From positions 1-50,697 of the forward strand of contig JAAVIE010000027.1 in NCBI GenBank assembly GCA_014799325.1: a stretch of DNA of 50,697 bases, written 5' to 3'. This document shows positions 47,464 through 50,697 of the stretch, piece by piece (position 1 is the first letter of the stretch; each line of letters opens with the position of its first letter). The stretch is from Oscillospiraceae bacterium. GTDB taxonomy: Bacteria > Bacillota > Clostridia > Oscillospirales > Ruminococcaceae. The notes beneath the pieces were generated by a model. The model was not told the origin of the DNA and did no database searches. It saw only the letters and a program-made list of their open reading frames with translations. The translations under genes and the position numbers were made by a program.

Positions 47464-47494
47464 TCAAAAATTGAGCTGCATAAAACAAAGAATA
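47464..47494 (+). repeat. 31-bp conserved site, copy 4 (TCAAAAATTGAGCTGCATAAAACAAAGAATA)
   Basis: Direct repeat family; about 45 bp from the stop of the DUF6076-like gene. Confidence 0.9.
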
Positions 47495-47539
47495 GGCACA
47501 AGGAATTTAATCCGGTGGCAAATCACCACCCCATTGCTT

Positions 47540-48727
47540 TTACTTCCTAATATCTGCATAATATTTATCAAATTCAATTTCCCCAGCCAACGCTCTGTCC
47601 CGAATTTCCGAAGCAAATCTCGACCACTCCTCAAACTCGGAAACAGTCATTTTCTTTTTCATGTACCTCGCATAATGCGCCTTGTATGCCCGATTGTAAG
47701 TCTGCCATACAGGGTCATTTTTGCATTTGTCATCATAACGCCGCTTTGAACCAACGTCACGGCAAGTCTTGCTAGGCTCTTTTCTAAGTTTTCTGTCACA
47801 GTAGGTATAGTACCAGCTACCCTTGATCAAAAAGAATTTGCCGCAGTTTCTGCACCGATTTGGCACATAGTTTTGCTTGATACCGTTGAAGAAATCATAG
47901 TACAAAAATGACCCGAGATTGTTAAACCCAATCTCCTCACACAGGATTAAATTATCATCTTCTCCCTTCAAAACTTTATACCCAAAGGACTCCATTTTAC
48001 ACTTTATCTTTCTGAAATTGCCAGTGTTAGCCCTGTTAAAATCTTCAAAATATTGAGCTGACTCGCTCCCTGTAGGAAAGGCTTCCTTCTGGTGAAAATA
48101 CTTTGTCAAGAACGGTTTGTATATTTCATGCACTTGCATATATGCCGTAACAAGCTTGATATACATATCAAAAAATCCAGAAACCGCCTGATTTAATTCA
48201 TGGAGTGAAAGCCTTGTATCATCGTCTTCCATGTCAATACGTTCGGTAGGTTGAAGCTGAAATTTGAAGAGGCGCATAGTATAATTTCCATATTCGTCTT
48301 TTTCTCCCATACCATATTCGGTGACAGTGTCCTCATCATAATAATATTCATTAAGATCTATTCCGTTCTCGAAAAAATAGTTGTGATTGTTTAAAATATC
48401 ATCGAGTCTTGCAATTTGATCACCGAGGATTTTGTTGTATGGTGGCAGTTTTTTCAGCATTTTGTTTAGTTCGTCTGTAAAACGCATTGACTCGCAAACA
48501 GTGTCATTGTAATTAATGTAGTCCTGATAGTCCATATTACGAGAAACTTGTAAATGCCTTTTAAAATATTTCAAGTTATAGATAAAATCCTTTTCGTAAA
48601 GGTGGTTGTAGTGTTTATCATTCAAATATGCAGTCAGAATTTCGTTGGAATCAAACCTGTATTTTTCATTTATGTAAACGTCATTGTTCCAAAAATAAGC
48701 CTTAAAACTAAGCATTTCGCCCTCCAA
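47540..48727 (-). CDS. DUF6076-like protein with C-terminal CxxC...C...C zinc finger
   Basis: RCRNCGKFF..YCDR..TCR and YNRAYKAHYAR; divergent from the excisionase; start may be 48715. Confidence 0.7.
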   Translation of the reverse strand: MEGEMLSFKAYFWNNDVYINEKYRFDSNEILTAYLNDKHYNHLYEKDFIYNLKYFKRHLQVSRNMDYQDYINYNDTVCESMRFTDELNKMLKKLPPYNKILGDQIARLDDILNNHNYFFENGIDLNEYYYDEDTVTEYGMGEKDEYGNYTMRLFKFQLQPTERIDMEDDDTRLSLHELNQAVSGFFDMYIKLVTAYMQVHEIYKPFLTKYFHQKEAFPTGSESAQYFEDFNRANTGNFRKIKCKMESFGYKVLKGEDDNLILCEEIGFNNLGSFLYYDFFNGIKQNYVPNRCRNCGKFFLIKGSWYYTYCDRKLRKEPSKTCRDVGSKRRYDDKCKNDPVWQTYNRAYKAHYARYMKKKMTVSEFEEWSRFASEIRDRALAGEIEFDKYYADIRK

Positions 48728-48890
48728 ATATTTTTAAAATAATTTTGAAAAATAGATAATGTGAATTGTAGAATTGAGAATATACAATAATTGTAACACA
48801 TCTATTGATTTTTTACAAGCTGTCTGATAAAATAAAACACATCACTCAAAACAAACAGATACAACATAAAAAATTGATGGAGGTTAAAAT

Positions 48891-49094
48891 TTGAAAGAAG
48901 TAGCATACACAAACTATGAGGAACTGCCACTGTTCCTTAACGCAGAAACACTTGCAAAACTGCTTGGCATTTCCATTTCAAGCAGTTATGAATTGATGCA
49001 TGAGAAAGATTTTCCTGCAATCAGAATCGGTTCAAGATTAGTCGTTCCGAAAGATAAATTACAGCATTGGATTGATGTAAAAACAAAAAAGTGA
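48891..49094 (+). CDS. Excisionase-like HTH_17 DNA-binding protein
   Basis: 67 aa; LAKLLGIS..SYELM...FPAIRIGSRLVVPK; GGAGG RBS. Confidence 0.85.
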   Translation: MKEVAYTNYEELPLFLNAETLAKLLGISISSSYELMHEKDFPAIRIGSRLVVPKDKLQHWIDVKTKK

Positions 49095-49101
49095 GGTGTA
49101 A

Positions 49102-49542
49102 ATGAAAAAGAATCACTACCAAAAACGTGACCCAATCAAAGATTATTTTCCCTTACCAAATGAAATTTTTTATCTCAATCTTTCATACGGAGAGATAGCA
49201 GTATATGCTTATCTCCTGCACTGTGAGAACAGAAAATCATTTCAGTGCTACCCAAGCTACAAGACTATTGGTGAGGCTCTGAATATGTCGAGAAATACTG
49301 TGAGCAAATACGTTCGTGCGCTTGAGGAAAAGGAATTAATTATTACCGAGCCGACAAGTGTTTTAACTAAAAAGGGCGAGAAACTCAATGGAAATCTGCT
49401 TTATACGATCCTACCTATCGAGCAAGCCAAGCAGCATTATTATAACCAACAACTCAAAAACATTGACCGTGTTATTGCAGATCGTAAGCATAGAAAACGG
49501 ATTGAAAAGCTCAACTTACAATCAAATAAAGAAGCGAGCTGA
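49102..49542 (+). CDS. Helix-turn-helix protein (HTH_36 / replication-initiator N-terminal-like)
   Basis: PNEIF..LS..EIAVYAYL, CYPSYKTIGEAL.MSRNTVSKYVRALEEKELI, NLLYTI. Confidence 0.75.
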   Translation: MKKNHYQKRDPIKDYFPLPNEIFYLNLSYGEIAVYAYLLHCENRKSFQCYPSYKTIGEALNMSRNTVSKYVRALEEKELIITEPTSVLTKKGEKLNGNLLYTILPIEQAKQHYYNQQLKNIDRVIADRKHRKRIEKLNLQSNKEAS

Positions 49543-49888
49543 CGGGTTTTGGGGGCAAAAACGGCGAATATTATTTATAAGCAGGACAAAGCGAGGGGTC
49601 GGTGAGCACCCCCTCGCAAATCACATCGGACGGCAGAGCCGACCGGTTAGGGATATTATCGAAAAAAGAACACTTACAAAAAGGCGGTCTCTTAGGAAAG
49701 AAACAAAATGAATGAAGAAATGGAGAAAGCTGAATTCCAAAATCGAGTAGAAAAAAACAGCTCCTCGGAATCAAAACCAACCAGTCCTGTCAGAAAAGTA
49801 AAAATTTAAAAACAAAATTCTGCATTTTGAACACTGGATTGGTTAAAAAGTTTGTGGTATGATATGTGGTTACAAAGGAGGTGCTGTT

Positions 49889-50697
49889 ATGGCAAAACGC
49901 AGACCGTCTGGTGACGGAATGGTTCGCAAGCGCGAGGATGGACGATGGGAAGGAAGAATTGTTGTTGGTCACAAAGCTAATGGAAATCCAATTTATCGTT
50001 ACGTGCTTGCTAAAACACAAGCGGAACTTACTCAAAAGCTACATGACAAAATTGAGATGTATCGTAATGCGGATCTTAGTGAAGATTGTAATATGCTATT
50101 AAGCGAATGGCTCGACAAATGGTTAAATGAATATATCACTTGTTATGTAAGACCAAATACATTGTACAGCTATACTGCAATGATTAAAAATCAAATCAAT
50201 CCCTACCTTGGAAAACGTCCACTGTCAGCATTAACTACACAAGAAATTCAAAAATTTTATAACACTATCAAGAAAAAAGGTCGTGTAAAAACAGATACAA
50301 CTAATGGTACAGAACTTGCCGACAGTATGGTCAGAAAGGTTCACATGATGTTACATGAAGCGCTTGATATGGCTGTAAAGCAGAAGTTGATCGTAAGCAA
50401 TCCGACAAACGGAACAACACTTCCAAAAAATAATTATGCTCCAAAGCAAATTTTAAATGATGAACAGCTTAATAGATTTATGGAAGTTATAAAAGGCGAT
50501 GAGCGATGGTACGATTTTTTCTACACCGAAATTACCACAGGACTCCGCAAAGGTGAAATATGCGGACTAAAATGGGAAGATTTTGACGAGCATTGCGGCA
50601 CATTAAAAATCAATCGCAGTGTCGGAAGAACTAAAAGTGGTGCTATACTCATAGGCAAAACCAAAACCGAAACAGGTTCTCGCGAAATTCTTCTACC
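49889..50697 (+). CDS. int: Tyrosine-type integrase (partial, runs off the right edge)
   Basis: Not in the ORF track (no stop in window); AAGGAGG RBS, MAKRRPSGDGMVRKREDGRWEGR arm domain, SAM-like domain, TGLRKGEICGLKWEDFD box I. Confidence 0.95.
   Translation, partial: MAKRRPSGDGMVRKREDGRWEGRIVVGHKANGNPIYRYVLAKTQAELTQKLHDKIEMYRNADLSEDCNMLLSEWLDKWLNEYITCYVRPNTLYSYTAMIKNQINPYLGKRPLSALTTQEIQKFYNTIKKKGRVKTDTTNGTELADSMVRKVHMMLHEALDMAVKQKLIVSNPTNGTTLPKNNYAPKQILNDEQLNRFMEVIKGDERWYDFFYTEITTGLRKGEICGLKWEDFDEHCGTLKINRSVGRTKSGAILIGKTKTETGSREILL

Larger units (their letters stand above)
35907..50697. mobile_element. Integrative element (tyrosine integrase, tRNA-Pro targeted), extends beyond right edge
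   Basis: att fragment on the left, integrase/excisionase/HTH core on the right, AT-richer cargo between. Confidence 0.82.

Noticed and set aside
27160-47494. 31-bp repeats as CRISPR repeats or the canonical dif site
   Set aside because: Copies are 0.5-11 kb apart. They do not match the Bacillus/E. coli dif consensus and have only a vague resemblance to difSL.
49866-50102. 78-aa ORF from the ORF track
   Set aside because: Out-of-frame overlap with the real integrase starting at 49889.

Overview
Chromosomal window from a low-GC Gram-positive anaerobe; the 16S sequence and gene content suggest Oscillospiraceae/Ruminococcaceae. Left part (1-9.4 kb): 5' end of a minus-strand 16S rRNA gene with three tandem sigma-A promoters, a PLP decarboxylase, a PAS/degenerate-GGDEF protein, a FapA/DUF342 protein, an ECF sigma/anti-sigma pair and RNase P RNA. 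Middle part (9.4-27 kb): an OmpR-family two-component module, a Zn-macrodomain/SirTM pair, sbcD-sbcC-WYL-HAD and a LytTR/GHKL-ABC cluster. These are separated by a family of modular hairpin-rich MITE/BOX-like repeats. Right part (27-50.7 kb) is accessory DNA. A tyrosine-integrase element is inserted in tRNA-Pro(CGG), with the 3' tRNA fragment at 35907-35951 and the integrase running off the right edge. A 31-bp motif (TCAAAAWTTGAGYYGCWKWAAACAAAGAATA) occurs four times in direct orientation and brackets two cargo blocks. Block 1 (27.2-35.7 kb) carries AraC, MATE, acetyltransferases, a membrane-tethered ECF sigma, HxlR and a stand-alone adenylation enzyme. Block 2 (36.2-47.5 kb) carries an AT-rich DUF5677-like two-gene operon and a TCS/lipoprotein/ABC module. 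The best novel-system candidates are this repeat-bounded cassette architecture and the AT-rich two-gene operon, a possible defence system. All family assignments come from motif recognition by eye, not from database searches.
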